Positions 18,822 to 28,002 are shown, counted from the stretch's first letter. The stretch: DNA of 35,761 nucleotides from a virus (IMGVR_UViG_3300020042_010683:1-35761), one strand, 5' to 3'. A program made the numbers and translations. The notes: a model not told the origin generated them from the sequence alone.

Positions 18822-20852
18822 TCAGTCGTTTAGTTTCCATATTCCGATGTGTTTACCAGACTCAACTTCCCTAATATACTCATAGGGTTCGCCTAAGTGA
18901 TAGGGGCATGTCGACAGGTTAATCGGCTTCCATTCACCGACTGAGATATTGATGTTGGAGGCAGCTGGGAACGTAGTTGAAGCTAGCCATTTGATACCGC
19001 TGCGTCTCAATAAATGCAGTGCCTTCAAAATATCTTCGTCGGGTAAGTGACCAAAACAATCCCTCACTATCACCATATCAGCAAATGGGAGTAAGTCTTT
19101 GGTAATGTCTGCAACCATAAATGAGACACCTTCTCTTCCGTATCTTGATTTGTTTAACTCGACTAACTCACTCACTATATCCACACCAGTATAGTTAATA
19201 CCATCCAGATTAACCATACTCATCCAGTTCCAATCACCACAAGGGCAATCGACCAAAGACCTTATAGATAGCTTTTCAAAAACTGTGGGTAAGGCAGCTC
19301 TGATATTCGCAGTATTTTGTACGCTCGACCCAACTCCTGAACAAGACTCACCGACATAGAAGTGTTTCTTGAATATCTCAGTAAATAATTCTGAAGTGCA
19401 ATTTTGAGAACTTATATCTAAAAAATTATCTGGGGGGTTAATACCTAGTCGCTTATTGTCATTGATGAATCTCGGTATCCATTTGAGCTTAGCAGGGCCT
19501 CCTTTGTGCTTAAATGAAGTCAATTTTGGTGGGTTAGCCCCAGCAACGTGCATTTTTGGATGGAAGAAATCGGTCTTTAATCCCGTCTCATGTAGGGCTA
19601 CCCCGAGTAATTCTTGATCGCCGTCTGATTTTGGAAATCTATGCTTGTTGTTATCATACCAATCGGAAAGTTTTTGCGCCTCAGCGTAGTTCCACTTGAT
19701 GACACCAGTGCAGTTATTGGGAATACTATCAGGCATATTCATTCGAGCCCGCAGACGGTCTTTGTAGTCCTCTCTGTTCACGCACAAATGCAAACTGTTT
19801 GGGTAAAGCTCCCAAATGTTGGTCGCAGGATGAGCAATAACCAAATCACCATCAACCCAAGCGAATTCATTAGTCTCTGGATAAGACAAACTTCGTTTGA
19901 AGGCATCAAAAATAACCCATTGAGGGTTGAGGTCTAGGCACTTAGGTAACTCGATGAGCGTCGCATTGTGACTCTTGGCAAAAACTTTGATCCCGTGACC
20001 GCACCACGCCCATACACGAGGGTCACAACCTTCATGAGCGGTAAATAAAATTCGAGTATTTTGTGGCTTATTCATTGTAATCTCATCGACGTTTATAGGA
20101 ATGCTTTGGTTGTGTGTAGTCATGAGGCCCGTAGCACCTGTAGTATTATTTGGTATATCAGAAGCCAAGATTACTTTTTCATAACGTGATGAAGAAGGAA
20201 ATCTATTCTGCATCCACGCCATAAATTCAGGAGTCATTCCATTATCACACCAGTTTACAAAGATGCGACTGTCACTTGGTGGGTTGTTGAATGCCCCATA
20301 GTATTGGGCAACTGCATCGGATGATTGCCAAGGGGCATTGCGCTTGTTCAGAATCCAAGTTTCAAATGGAAACTTTCCAGCCATGTCTGGCCAGTCCTCA
20401 AAAGATTCATCAATCATGCGCTTATCAAAGAAGTAAGGGCCATGTGGTGTGCTGTAATCTCTGTCGGAAAACCCCTCGTCAACTAGGCGATCTCTAACCG
20501 CTAGTAGATTTCTAGTCCATACTGTTTGTGGTGGTCTTCGAACCTCCTTAGCGGGAGTCAACTTGATCTCCTCAATAGTTTGATCCTTGATCAGGACGGA
20601 GTCATCATACCACCACGAGAATCCATCAGGATATGCTTCCGCAGCCATACACAACGCAGTCTTTAACCTACCTTCGGTCTGCTTAATATGGGTAACACCC
20701 TGCACCCAATCAGGTATCTTCGGGCCGACAATAGCAATCTCAAAGTCTCCTTTCAGATGTTTATGTAATCCGCGCAAACAGAAACGCAATTCTGTTCCGT
20801 CCTTAAATTTCCCGAAGCAGGGACTGTATGGTATTACGATTGTGTGTTTCAT
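18822..20852 (-). CDS. Three-domain protein: Stealth-family sugar-1-phosphate transferase + GT-A glycosyltransferase + class I SAM methyltransferase
   Basis: aa ~1-226: ELRFCLRG, WWYDD, PHGPYFFDK, FPSSSRYEK (Stealth conserved regions). aa ~260-465: AWVDGD, CTGVI, GDQELL. aa ~490-676: SGVGS, VDCPCGD, YTGVDIV, ADIT, RDCFGHL. Confidence 0.8.
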   Translation of the reverse strand: MKHTIVIPYSPCFGKFKDGTELRFCLRGLHKHLKGDFEIAIVGPKIPDWVQGVTHIKQTEGRLKTALCMAAEAYPDGFSWWYDDSVLIKDQTIEEIKLTPAKEVRRPPQTVWTRNLLAVRDRLVDEGFSDRDYSTPHGPYFFDKRMIDESFEDWPDMAGKFPFETWILNKRNAPWQSSDAVAQYYGAFNNPPSDSRIFVNWCDNGMTPEFMAWMQNRFPSSSRYEKVILASDIPNNTTGATGLMTTHNQSIPINVDEITMNKPQNTRILFTAHEGCDPRVWAWCGHGIKVFAKSHNATLIELPKCLDLNPQWVIFDAFKRSLSYPETNEFAWVDGDLVIAHPATNIWELYPNSLHLCVNREDYKDRLRARMNMPDSIPNNCTGVIKWNYAEAQKLSDWYDNNKHRFPKSDGDQELLGVALHETGLKTDFFHPKMHVAGANPPKLTSFKHKGGPAKLKWIPRFINDNKRLGINPPDNFLDISSQNCTSELFTEIFKKHFYVGESCSGVGSSVQNTANIRAALPTVFEKLSIRSLVDCPCGDWNWMSMVNLDGINYTGVDIVSELVELNKSRYGREGVSFMVADITKDLLPFADMVIVRDCFGHLPDEDILKALHLLRRSGIKWLASTTFPAASNINISVGEWKPINLSTCPYHLGEPYEYIREVESGKHIGIWKLND

Positions 20853-20854
20853 AA

Positions 20855-21220
20855 TTATGATACTGCTAATGAGAGAACATCAACGAATACTGGGGTGTAG
20901 GCCCCTGTTGGATCGCAATAATCTGGGCCACTTATAGCTAGTAGTTCAACGCCGCCGCTATACGCCTCCCAGCGGTTTCCGTTCCAGAAAAGGCTAATAA
21001 TTTGTCCTGATCCTGTCCAAGAATAAGAGAGCCCAGCAAATAGACCGACAGTTACTAAAGCTGCTGTTCCTGAGTATACTGTTGGTACACCAAGTGGATA
21101 TGATAACCGCACCCAATTAACTGTAACAAGTGATGGGAGAACGCAACTACTACTTCCTGAGAGGGAAGATGCCGACCCACTAGAGGTTGATTTAGGACTG
21201 CCGAGTGCACCTAATGCCAT
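20855..21220 (-). CDS. Small protein with Ser-rich N-terminus (121 aa), possibly virion-associated
   Basis: STSSGSASSLSGSSS; spaced 4 nt and 2 nt from its neighbours. Confidence 0.65.
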   Translation of the reverse strand: MALGALGSPKSTSSGSASSLSGSSSCVLPSLVTVNWVRLSYPLGVPTVYSGTAALVTVGLFAGLSYSWTGSGQIISLFWNGNRWEAYSGGVELLAISGPDYCDPTGAYTPVFVDVLSLAVS

Positions 21221-21224
21221 AAAT

Positions 21225-22418
21225 TTATTTTGTTACGCCGACTTTAGCAAGTTCAGCGATTACTTGTTCGCGGGACAATCTTGGGTTAAGACGACATTCG
21301 TTGTCAACGAAATCTTCAAAAGTTGCATGGGCGTTTCGAACATTAGCAAAGCCTCGACGCACCCCTTTCAACATTACTTGAACGCGCTGCTTTTTGCGGG
21401 GAGTCCGAACAGCGAGTCGGATTCGGCCACTGGTAACGGTTGCGTGGCACGTTCCTACGTCAGGAGAAGTCCATGCCCTCAAGCTATTTGGCTCACATCC
21501 GAAGGATACCACGGGGTCAACTTCGATACTGTGCCTCCCTCGTGGTAGTTCAAATTCTTGGAAGTCAAAGAACAAAACCTCAGCAGCTTCCATCGCATAC
21601 CATTTGCAATATCCGCCATCAGGGTGTGGCACAATAGCCGTATCCTTAGAACTACCGCCACCGCTACCACTGCTACTACCACTGCTGCTTGCGCTACTAC
21701 TACCACTACTGGCGCTACCCCCGCTGGCGCTGCTGCCACCACTACTTGCCACAGACCCTAAAGATTCAGGGACGAAGGCTAGATACCACTGAAGTGGGCC
21801 TATATGTGCTTGATTAACAGGAGACCCAGTAGTTACGTTACCAAGAAGGACATAGTAGCCACACCGCCCTCCTACACTAGACCCACGAGATAGGTCTTCA
21901 TCCAATCTTGGGATCGCTCGCACGGTAGGGACATTAGGGCCCTCAATAGTTAAGTTAGTAGGCTTTCCTGTCCCCTCGTCCAATTCGACAACAGCATAGA
22001 CATTACCAAACCAACCCAACTGAAGCCACGGACTCAACGGCGTTAGTGTAGGCCCACCCGTATTTATGTTCATCGTCTGAACTCCTTCAATAGCCGCCTG
22101 TTCAACCAAGTGATTTACGTCTGTGAGCAAGACTCCGTTCACATCATAGATCGCCTTTTTCTCAAAGGTCAATGTAGTAACAAACCACTCTAGTTGGCCT
22201 CGATGAACACGAGCTCCGCCGCTACCAAAATCCAGCTTGAACGCGTCTCTCCACTCGGCTTTAGGAGATCTACTATTAAGCGGAGGCAGTTGACGAAAAG
22301 ACCCCTTGTTAGCTGCTGGGGGTATAGCGTATGGGGCAGCGATATCATCACGAACATCAGGAACATCCTGACTATTGATCAGGTCGCCTAGTATTTTTTT
22401 GATAGAATCTTGGATCAT
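21225..22418 (-). CDS. Putative tail protein with Ser/Gly linker and C-terminal chaperone-like domain
   Basis: SSGGSSASGGSASSGSSSASSSGSSSGSGGGSS linker, then SKDTAIVP...YAMEAAEVLFFD...KGVRRGF, which resembles C-terminal domains of tail proteins. Confidence 0.55.
   Translation of the reverse strand: MIQDSIKKILGDLINSQDVPDVRDDIAAPYAIPPAANKGSFRQLPPLNSRSPKAEWRDAFKLDFGSGGARVHRGQLEWFVTTLTFEKKAIYDVNGVLLTDVNHLVEQAAIEGVQTMNINTGGPTLTPLSPWLQLGWFGNVYAVVELDEGTGKPTNLTIEGPNVPTVRAIPRLDEDLSRGSSVGGRCGYYVLLGNVTTGSPVNQAHIGPLQWYLAFVPESLGSVASSGGSSASGGSASSGSSSASSSGSSSGSGGGSSKDTAIVPHPDGGYCKWYAMEAAEVLFFDFQEFELPRGRHSIEVDPVVSFGCEPNSLRAWTSPDVGTCHATVTSGRIRLAVRTPRKKQRVQVMLKGVRRGFANVRNAHATFEDFVDNECRLNPRLSREQVIAELAKVGVTK
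21650..21750 (-). repeat. Low-complexity AGT/AGC/GGT coding repeat (Ser/Gly linker)
   Basis: Imperfect CTACCACTG/CTACTACCA iterations on the plus strand. Confidence 0.8.
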
Positions 22419-23635
22419 CCCACGTTAGTATTACTCGGTTGATAAATTGTAATTTGGGTGCGCAGATAACCCCCACGATAAGGCTCTTGATCGTCGGCAG
22501 CTATAATTGTTGCGGGCCAGACGAGGTGGTTTGTTCGCGCCGTTGTTTTGCTACTCGCTGCGTTTTGAGAATAAATAGGATCTGATGTTCCGATGTTGCA
22601 TTGACAAGTAATCGCTGGGTGTAAACACTCAGGCACGTTAAGGTCAAAGAATGGAGAACTGTAGTTAATTGGCGTAGGTAGCATTTGCGTTGGTGTGACT
22701 ACCTCCTGCGGCGTTTTTGACCAAGTTTTAGCTATTATCGCCTTACAAGGCCCGTTATACCCATCTAGTGCGAATACAATACGAGGATGGATTTCTACAC
22801 TACCATCTCTTCGAGCCCAGTTCAAGAATTCAACACCCCCTGTGCTTGGTAAGACTGGGGGCCAGTAGTAGTTTTTAGTAGTGTTGAAAGACGAAACACT
22901 AATCACGTTGCCAGTTAGAGTTCCTGCTACTTGTTGCTCGTCCGTAATCTGATACCACTCACAGGATAGTTGGCGTCCAGTCCTTACATAGCCATTAGTT
23001 TGGAGACCCCAGTAGGCATTCGTGGGTGCTGCAAAAAGAGCAGCCGCTGTGATAGAGCTAGTGACTACCTCGGTAGAGAAGTAAAGCGTCTCAGTAGAAA
23101 GCAGTGGCAAACCGTTCAGACTATCAGTGCCGATGTTCTTGATCGTGCAGCGTTTGACGTAGGTGTGTTGGTCTACGATGAAAATGGAATCAAGCTCCCT
23201 GTTGCCTATACGCTGCTGCTTGCGTCGAGCTAAGACATAAGTTCCTGAGAACTTGTCCACAGGGATGTTAGGCATCGATGCACCCATAGCAGGAGATGCA
23301 GCATCAAACGAATCACGCAAAGTTACGTAGGTGCGTGTTACGGCATCAAAGAGAACTCCACCGATATCTGCTTTATCAAACTCCCAGTTATAGTCATCTT
23401 GATTTTCTCGCTCTGCAGCGTAGAAAAATTGAAACATGCCATCACGCTCATTCTCAACCGCAAGAATGTAGACGAGCTTATGGTAGGGCCATTTTTTGTT
23501 ATCAGGATGCGCCGTTCCATATTCTGGGAACGGGCGTCTTGTGCAATCTTCGAACTCAGAAAAAAGGACGTCACCAATAATTGGTGTCGGGAACAACCTA
23601 TTGTCTTGCCTTCTTGGTGCTAACGGTAATGGCAT
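22415..23635 (-). CDS. Putative virion/tail structural protein (406 aa)
   Basis: Long beta/Pro/Thr-rich ORF in the structural block, with ATGA coupling to the next gene. Confidence 0.55.
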   Translation of the reverse strand: MPLPLAPRRQDNRLFPTPIIGDVLFSEFEDCTRRPFPEYGTAHPDNKKWPYHKLVYILAVENERDGMFQFFYAAERENQDDYNWEFDKADIGGVLFDAVTRTYVTLRDSFDAASPAMGASMPNIPVDKFSGTYVLARRKQQRIGNRELDSIFIVDQHTYVKRCTIKNIGTDSLNGLPLLSTETLYFSTEVVTSSITAAALFAAPTNAYWGLQTNGYVRTGRQLSCEWYQITDEQQVAGTLTGNVISVSSFNTTKNYYWPPVLPSTGGVEFLNWARRDGSVEIHPRIVFALDGYNGPCKAIIAKTWSKTPQEVVTPTQMLPTPINYSSPFFDLNVPECLHPAITCQCNIGTSDPIYSQNAASSKTTARTNHLVWPATIIAADDQEPYRGGYLRTQITIYQPSNTNVG

Positions 23636-23641
23636 AGGGCG

Positions 23642-23669
23642 ACTTTAATAAGTTTGCTCGTAAAGTCAA
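23642..23669 (-). promoter_or_regulatory. Sigma70-like promoter, predicted leaderless
   Basis: TTGACT(23669-23664)-16-TAAAGT(23647-23642), 6 nt before ATG 23635. Confidence 0.6.
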
Positions 23670-23683
23670 CTAGATTGTGCGAA

Positions 23684-23974
23684 TTATCGTTTGGTTAGTT
23701 TGTCCCACGCTGGAAAAAAGATAGAATCCAGACAACGAACAATTACTTCCTCATCGTAGTCAACTGAGAAGGATACACCACCAACGGCAAGGGATGCGTG
23801 AACCATCTCATGTCGTATCGTTTCAACGACCATTGGCATATTGTGCTTAATCGAATGATTGACAAGAATCAAGCGCTGGTCGAAATCCATTCGGCCGTAA
23901 TCGTCGCAGTCAAATTTAACGAATTGCACTTTGAATGCAATACCTCCGATGCTGATTTTTTTGGGGATTTTCAT
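23684..23974 (-). CDS. Small HExxH zincin-like metallopeptidase-fold protein (96 aa)
   Basis: ETIRHEMVHA followed by DEEVIV. Confidence 0.7.
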   Translation of the reverse strand: MKIPKKISIGGIAFKVQFVKFDCDDYGRMDFDQRLILVNHSIKHNMPMVVETIRHEMVHASLAVGGVSFSVDYDEEVIVRCLDSIFFPAWDKLTKR

Positions 23975-23983
23975 ACGGTTATG

Positions 23984-24475
23984 TTAGCCTTTGATTCTGA
24001 TACGCGCTTTCACTTGCGAGACTGACCGCGTTTTCTTCGTGACGCAATTACCCTCGCGTGATCCTGCGGCGTTACTGTTGCCGTCGATGGTTTGGATCTT
24101 GCCATCTTTAGCATCGCCAATGGCAATACCAATATGAGAGAATTTGAATACAACTAAATCTCCGCGCTTGATGTCACCCATTGGAGCATACTTGGTATTT
24201 GTGCTTGCATCCTGAGCAAGAGACCAATCGATGAACCCAAATGCACTCGGTGTCGTCGGCCGCTTGAAGCTTACTGACCGACCCGCAAGAACTACTTGAA
24301 AACACCAACAAACGAAACTTGCGCACCAAGCATAACCATCATCGGTTGCGTTTGGTTTATAGTTGTCAGCAGCAAAGAACGGTTGTAGTTCCTTGCCTTT
24401 GTTATTCCCACCGCTCTCTTTGACTCCGAGCTTTGTCAGTGCGGTGATGACTAATGATTCTGCGATTGTTTTCAT
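23984..24475 (-). CDS. CHAP-domain endolysin
   Basis: LGVKE, AWCASFVCW, GDLVVF, HIGI and TIDGNS. Likely start ATG 24475 (MKTIAE). Confidence 0.85.
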   Translation of the reverse strand: MKTIAESLVITALTKLGVKESGGNNKGKELQPFFAADNYKPNATDDGYAWCASFVCWCFQVVLAGRSVSFKRPTTPSAFGFIDWSLAQDASTNTKYAPMGDIKRGDLVVFKFSHIGIAIGDAKDGKIQTIDGNSNAAGSREGNCVTKKTRSVSQVKARIRIKG

Positions 24476-24551
24476 GGTGCTTTTTGTTATGTGAAACCAT
24501 TGGTATTGCAAGGTTTGCTCGATGTTAACGAAACAGATTTCGGTGACATGC

Positions 24552-25010
24552 TCATGATGCTTTGCTGTGTACAGTCTTATCTTTCTGCCAGAAATCCAAT
24601 CCGAATCCCATGACCGCTTGATAATACATCTCTGAAAGCGGGTATCGATCCTTGCGCATGAGCGAGCGGAAAAGCCCGTTGACCTGCTCAAATGTTAGCT
24701 TGAAATGCTTCGTCGCCGAGAACTGGAAAAGCACATCATGCACCAGCGATGCGTGGACGTTGCTGGGATGGTCGGGAGTCCCGAGCCACACGCCTAGCAC
24801 TTTTCTTTTAGGACTGCACCCGTTCCATGCGTAGCCCTGTGAGATATACAGAACGCCATCTTCGATCTTTGCCCAGACTCGCCCAGAGCCATCGCAGAAT
24901 GCCGCATTGCGATGGAAGAACGGGATCGGTGTGGCGATGATCCGCTTCGTGACGTAACGATAGACATTGCTGCCCTTGGTTTTCGCGTAGTCTGTGCCGA
25001 GTGTTATCAT
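24552..25010 (-). CDS. DUF1353-like protein
   Basis: GYAWNGCSP, ASLVHDVLFQ and YYQAVMGFG motifs. Confidence 0.7.
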   Translation of the reverse strand: MITLGTDYAKTKGSNVYRYVTKRIIATPIPFFHRNAAFCDGSGRVWAKIEDGVLYISQGYAWNGCSPKRKVLGVWLGTPDHPSNVHASLVHDVLFQFSATKHFKLTFEQVNGLFRSLMRKDRYPLSEMYYQAVMGFGLDFWQKDKTVHSKAS

Positions 25011-25318
25011 TTTTTGTTCACTGCCTCTGTGAGTTTGTCCAATGCCGCGCTGAGTTTCTCACGTGACTGAGCAGACATTGCCGCAGACTCAACCTCTCGG
25101 TCGTGCATTGCATCAAGCCGCTTCTGCCGCTCGTCACGCTCTGCGCGTAATGCTCTGACTGCCAAGACCAGAAAGACCAAGCACAAGCCCGTGCCGCCTC
25201 GTTCTAGCCAAACGTCGAGTCCGTCTGGCATGACCTGAGCGAGTGAGATGCCGCCGAACTGTGAGGCGATGGCAGCGAGCGAAAAGCTCAACATTTTGGC
25301 TTGTTCAATCTCAATCAT
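25007..25318 (-). CDS. Putative holin / membrane protein (103 aa)
   Basis: Hydrophobic segments LSFSLAAIASQFGGISLA and GLCLVFLVLAV, with a charged coiled-coil C-terminus. Start ATG 25318 overlaps the upstream stop; lies next to lysis genes. Confidence 0.55.
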   Translation of the reverse strand: MIEIEQAKMLSFSLAAIASQFGGISLAQVMPDGLDVWLERGGTGLCLVFLVLAVRALRAERDERQKRLDAMHDREVESAAMSAQSREKLSAALDKLTEAVNKK

Positions 25319-25742
25319 TGGATTCGATTTCTGGTTGTGGCTCAGGCTGTGGCTCAGGCTGTAACTCAGGTTCAGGTTGTTGTTCTGGCTCAGGCTGTGG
25401 CTCAGGCTCAGGCTGTGGTTCGGTGTATGCAAAGACTCCGTTTTCAAAGCTCCAGTTTGGTGGCATGGTAACTGGTGCGCGATGACTTAACGCTTCGTTG
25501 TTTAGCTGGTCGAGCAATGAATTGATTGCGTTACCTGCTAAGCTATTGGCTGCAAACATTGCCAGTGTACGCTCTACGTTGTCGTTAAGAACTACAAGCA
25601 AGCGTTCTTGCGGCAAAGCCCAGAACTGTGCGTTCTCTGCTGCAATAACGGTTCCAGCGTAGTGCAAAGCCGTAGCCGCACGGATGATACCAGCGTCTTT
25701 TTCCGCTAGGTCTTTTTCGAGTTGTGTTTTAGGTGTGAGCAT
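25311..25742 (-). CDS. Tail-fibre-associated hypothetical protein with C-terminal (EPQP)n repeat
   Basis: Start ATG 25742, 4 nt after the tail fibre stop; ends EPQPEPEPQPEPEQQPEPELQPEPQPEPQPE. Confidence 0.65.
   Translation of the reverse strand: MLTPKTQLEKDLAEKDAGIIRAATALHYAGTVIAAENAQFWALPQERLLVVLNDNVERTLAMFAANSLAGNAINSLLDQLNNEALSHRAPVTMPPNWSFENGVFAYTEPQPEPEPQPEPEQQPEPELQPEPQPEPQPEIESND
25330..25422 (-). repeat. Coding repeat (GGCTCAGGCTGT-type units) encoding Glu/Pro/Gln
   Basis: Several imperfect 6/12/18-nt units visible directly. Confidence 0.85.
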
Positions 25743-25746
25743 GGTG

Positions 25747-28002
25747 TTAGATGTTAGACGTTTCGACTGTCCAGATAAGACCAGCGATGCGAGCCGTGGT
25801 TGCTGATTCACCGCGACACATAATGAATGGGGTTGCGCCAACTAGCGAGCCTCTGGATACTGAGACTTCCGTTGATCCATTGACGCTGGCAAAGACGCTG
25901 GATCCGTTTGACCTAAGTCTGAGGGCTGTCGTGTTGATCGTGCCTGAAACCCATGCGACTCCAGTATCGGTTAGCGTTATGTTTCCAAATGCGTCCACGA
26001 ATGCTAATGCCCACTTGTCTGAGGTATGAGGCCCGAGAGTGCGCCAAGCTGCCGTCGAATCGTTTGTTGTTCCATTTATGGTTGAACTGAATGTCGGCTG
26101 TGTTAATCCAGATGTGCCAGATGTTGAGCAAACGTAAACAATGCCGCTGACGTTGATGCGGTTACCTACTGTGTAAGCTGTTGTAGCCGCCCAAGTAGCA
26201 GCGGGCTGAGGAACATGATACAAGCCGATTGATGACGCGCTCCAGAAATATGTATTGCTTCGCAAAGACACAAAATAAGCCACGTCCAAATTTGTTGCAG
26301 CCAAAGAATTGCGGAATAAAAATCGGAAATCAACACTTGAAGTCAGCGAGAAAAACGCTTCGCCCGTAATGTTTCCGTCTCGGTATTTTATACCACCGCC
26401 AAGAGCGGATGCGCTACTAGGTGTAGTCGTGCCAATAAAGCGACATCCTGAGCGATGGTTGCCGTCTATGACGCCTGACGGAGATACCCCTACTGTAACC
26501 CATACACCTAGCTCGTGCGCCATGAGTTGACGGTAGTAAACATTTTCAAGATCGGCCACTTCTTCAGTGCGCCGATCTGTTGCCGTGATCAAACTAGTAG
26601 CCGATGGCGTTCCAGTTCCCGCCGATGTCGGACGAGTCGTCGATGTGAATGCCGCGCTGCCGCTGATCGTTGGTGCGTCGATTGTCGGCGATGTGCCAAA
26701 AACCAATGCGCCTGTTCCAGTCTCGCCTGTGACCGCTGCGGCAAGATTCGCGCTGCTTGGCGTTGCCAGAAATGTTGCTACGTTTGCCGCTGGGGTCGTC
26801 GTTGCGAGCGTTGTTAATCCTAAAGCTGTTCTGTGTGTTGCTGCTGTGCTTCCTGCGTATGTCCAATTTGTCGCAGATCCATAGGCTGTGTTGCCTGATA
26901 TATTTAAGCCACCAAATGTAACCTGCCCAGCACTATCTCGTAAAACAATCGTATTATCAACATTTGTAGTTGAAGCAGTAATCGATGCCGAGTTTGCTAA
27001 GTCACTAGCCGTAACCAACATTCCATTCCTATCTGGAAAAGACAAAGTGCGATTTGCGAAATTAATACCACCAGTCAATGTTGTCGTATATGGCGAACCA
27101 CCAGTGCCAGATAGAATAGCCGTTGCTGTGGTAACATTGGAGATGGATAGGTTTGCCGTGCCATCACTAGTTGTTGCGCTTGTAACGCTGTCCACAATAT
27201 CGCTTGTTAAGGCAATCGTTCCAGAAGCATCAGGTAAAGTCCAATCACGGTTTGCTGTAATGTTTGCTGTTTTGAGTCGTCCCGTAAAAGTGCTGTAAAA
27301 CCAAACAAACCAACCGCGAACACGCTCGATAGCTGATCGGTTTTCCCCTGAAGTGCCAAATTTTGCATGATAAGTTCCAGTAGTTGACGTAGCGATAATT
27401 GCTGTTCCACTATTGCTTATAAAATCTCCAGCAATTCCGTTAGTTCCAGTTGCTTGAACTTGTATTGCTTTTGCGCTGCTAGTATCTGGGCCTCCAGAAT
27501 TAACTATATCGAGTGTTACTCCTTCAGAATTTGAAGAAGCAAGACTAATTGCTCCATCGCTATTCCTTTTCACTATTGTCCCAGCAGTCGAGTCGGATGT
27601 TGCAGCAGTTACATCGTCATTAGGAAACGATGTTCTGGTGTCGATCCCAGAGCGTGAATTAGTAGTCAGTAAACCCGCAGTGCTGGTTATTACGACTAGA
27701 TTTGAAGTAGTGCCAATTTTTCCATCATTGGTAATATTGCCATGTGTATGACTCGATGGAGGAAATGAAGCGCGGGTGTCAATGCCGCTGCGAGATACCG
27801 AACCGACAAATCCGCTGTTGGCAAAAAGCACATTCCCCGAAGTGAAATTCGTTGTCGTAGAACTCGTTACACTATTAGGCATTACCGAGACAGCTGCATA
27901 TGCTAGAGCAAGATCCCAGTTATTTTCCTCAACGGTTAGCCCGTAGTTTTGTTGAGAAACTGTTAGAACGTGACTTGGTGTTGTTGAGGGTTGGAGTGGC
28001 AT
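25747..28002 (-). CDS. Tail fibre / receptor-binding protein (751 aa)
   Basis: Thr/Ser/Gly-rich; typical fibre motifs (SHTHGNITNDGKIG, TANRDWTLPDASGTIALTSDI, FLATPSSANLAAAVTGETGTGALVFGTSPT); CBM5/12-like WAATTAYTVGNRI segment near the C-terminus. Confidence 0.85.
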   Translation of the reverse strand: MPLQPSTTPSHVLTVSQQNYGLTVEENNWDLALAYAAVSVMPNSVTSSTTTNFTSGNVLFANSGFVGSVSRSGIDTRASFPPSSHTHGNITNDGKIGTTSNLVVITSTAGLLTTNSRSGIDTRTSFPNDDVTAATSDSTAGTIVKRNSDGAISLASSNSEGVTLDIVNSGGPDTSSAKAIQVQATGTNGIAGDFISNSGTAIIATSTTGTYHAKFGTSGENRSAIERVRGWFVWFYSTFTGRLKTANITANRDWTLPDASGTIALTSDIVDSVTSATTSDGTANLSISNVTTATAILSGTGGSPYTTTLTGGINFANRTLSFPDRNGMLVTASDLANSASITASTTNVDNTIVLRDSAGQVTFGGLNISGNTAYGSATNWTYAGSTAATHRTALGLTTLATTTPAANVATFLATPSSANLAAAVTGETGTGALVFGTSPTIDAPTISGSAAFTSTTRPTSAGTGTPSATSLITATDRRTEEVADLENVYYRQLMAHELGVWVTVGVSPSGVIDGNHRSGCRFIGTTTPSSASALGGGIKYRDGNITGEAFFSLTSSVDFRFLFRNSLAATNLDVAYFVSLRSNTYFWSASSIGLYHVPQPAATWAATTAYTVGNRINVSGIVYVCSTSGTSGLTQPTFSSTINGTTNDSTAAWRTLGPHTSDKWALAFVDAFGNITLTDTGVAWVSGTINTTALRLRSNGSSVFASVNGSTEVSVSRGSLVGATPFIMCRGESATTARIAGLIWTVETSNI

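Noticed and set aside
24476-24691. N-terminal extension of the endolysin in the ORF track
   Set aside because: It overlaps the DUF1353-like gene and does not look protein-like; ATG 24475 is more plausible.
25319-25447. HSLS-repeat N-terminal extension of the holin-like ORF
   Set aside because: It is the alternative-frame reading of the EPQP repeat of the upstream gene.
25747-28002. Diversity-generating retroelement targeting the tail fibre
   Set aside because: No reverse transcriptase and no adenine-variable repeat pair noticed.
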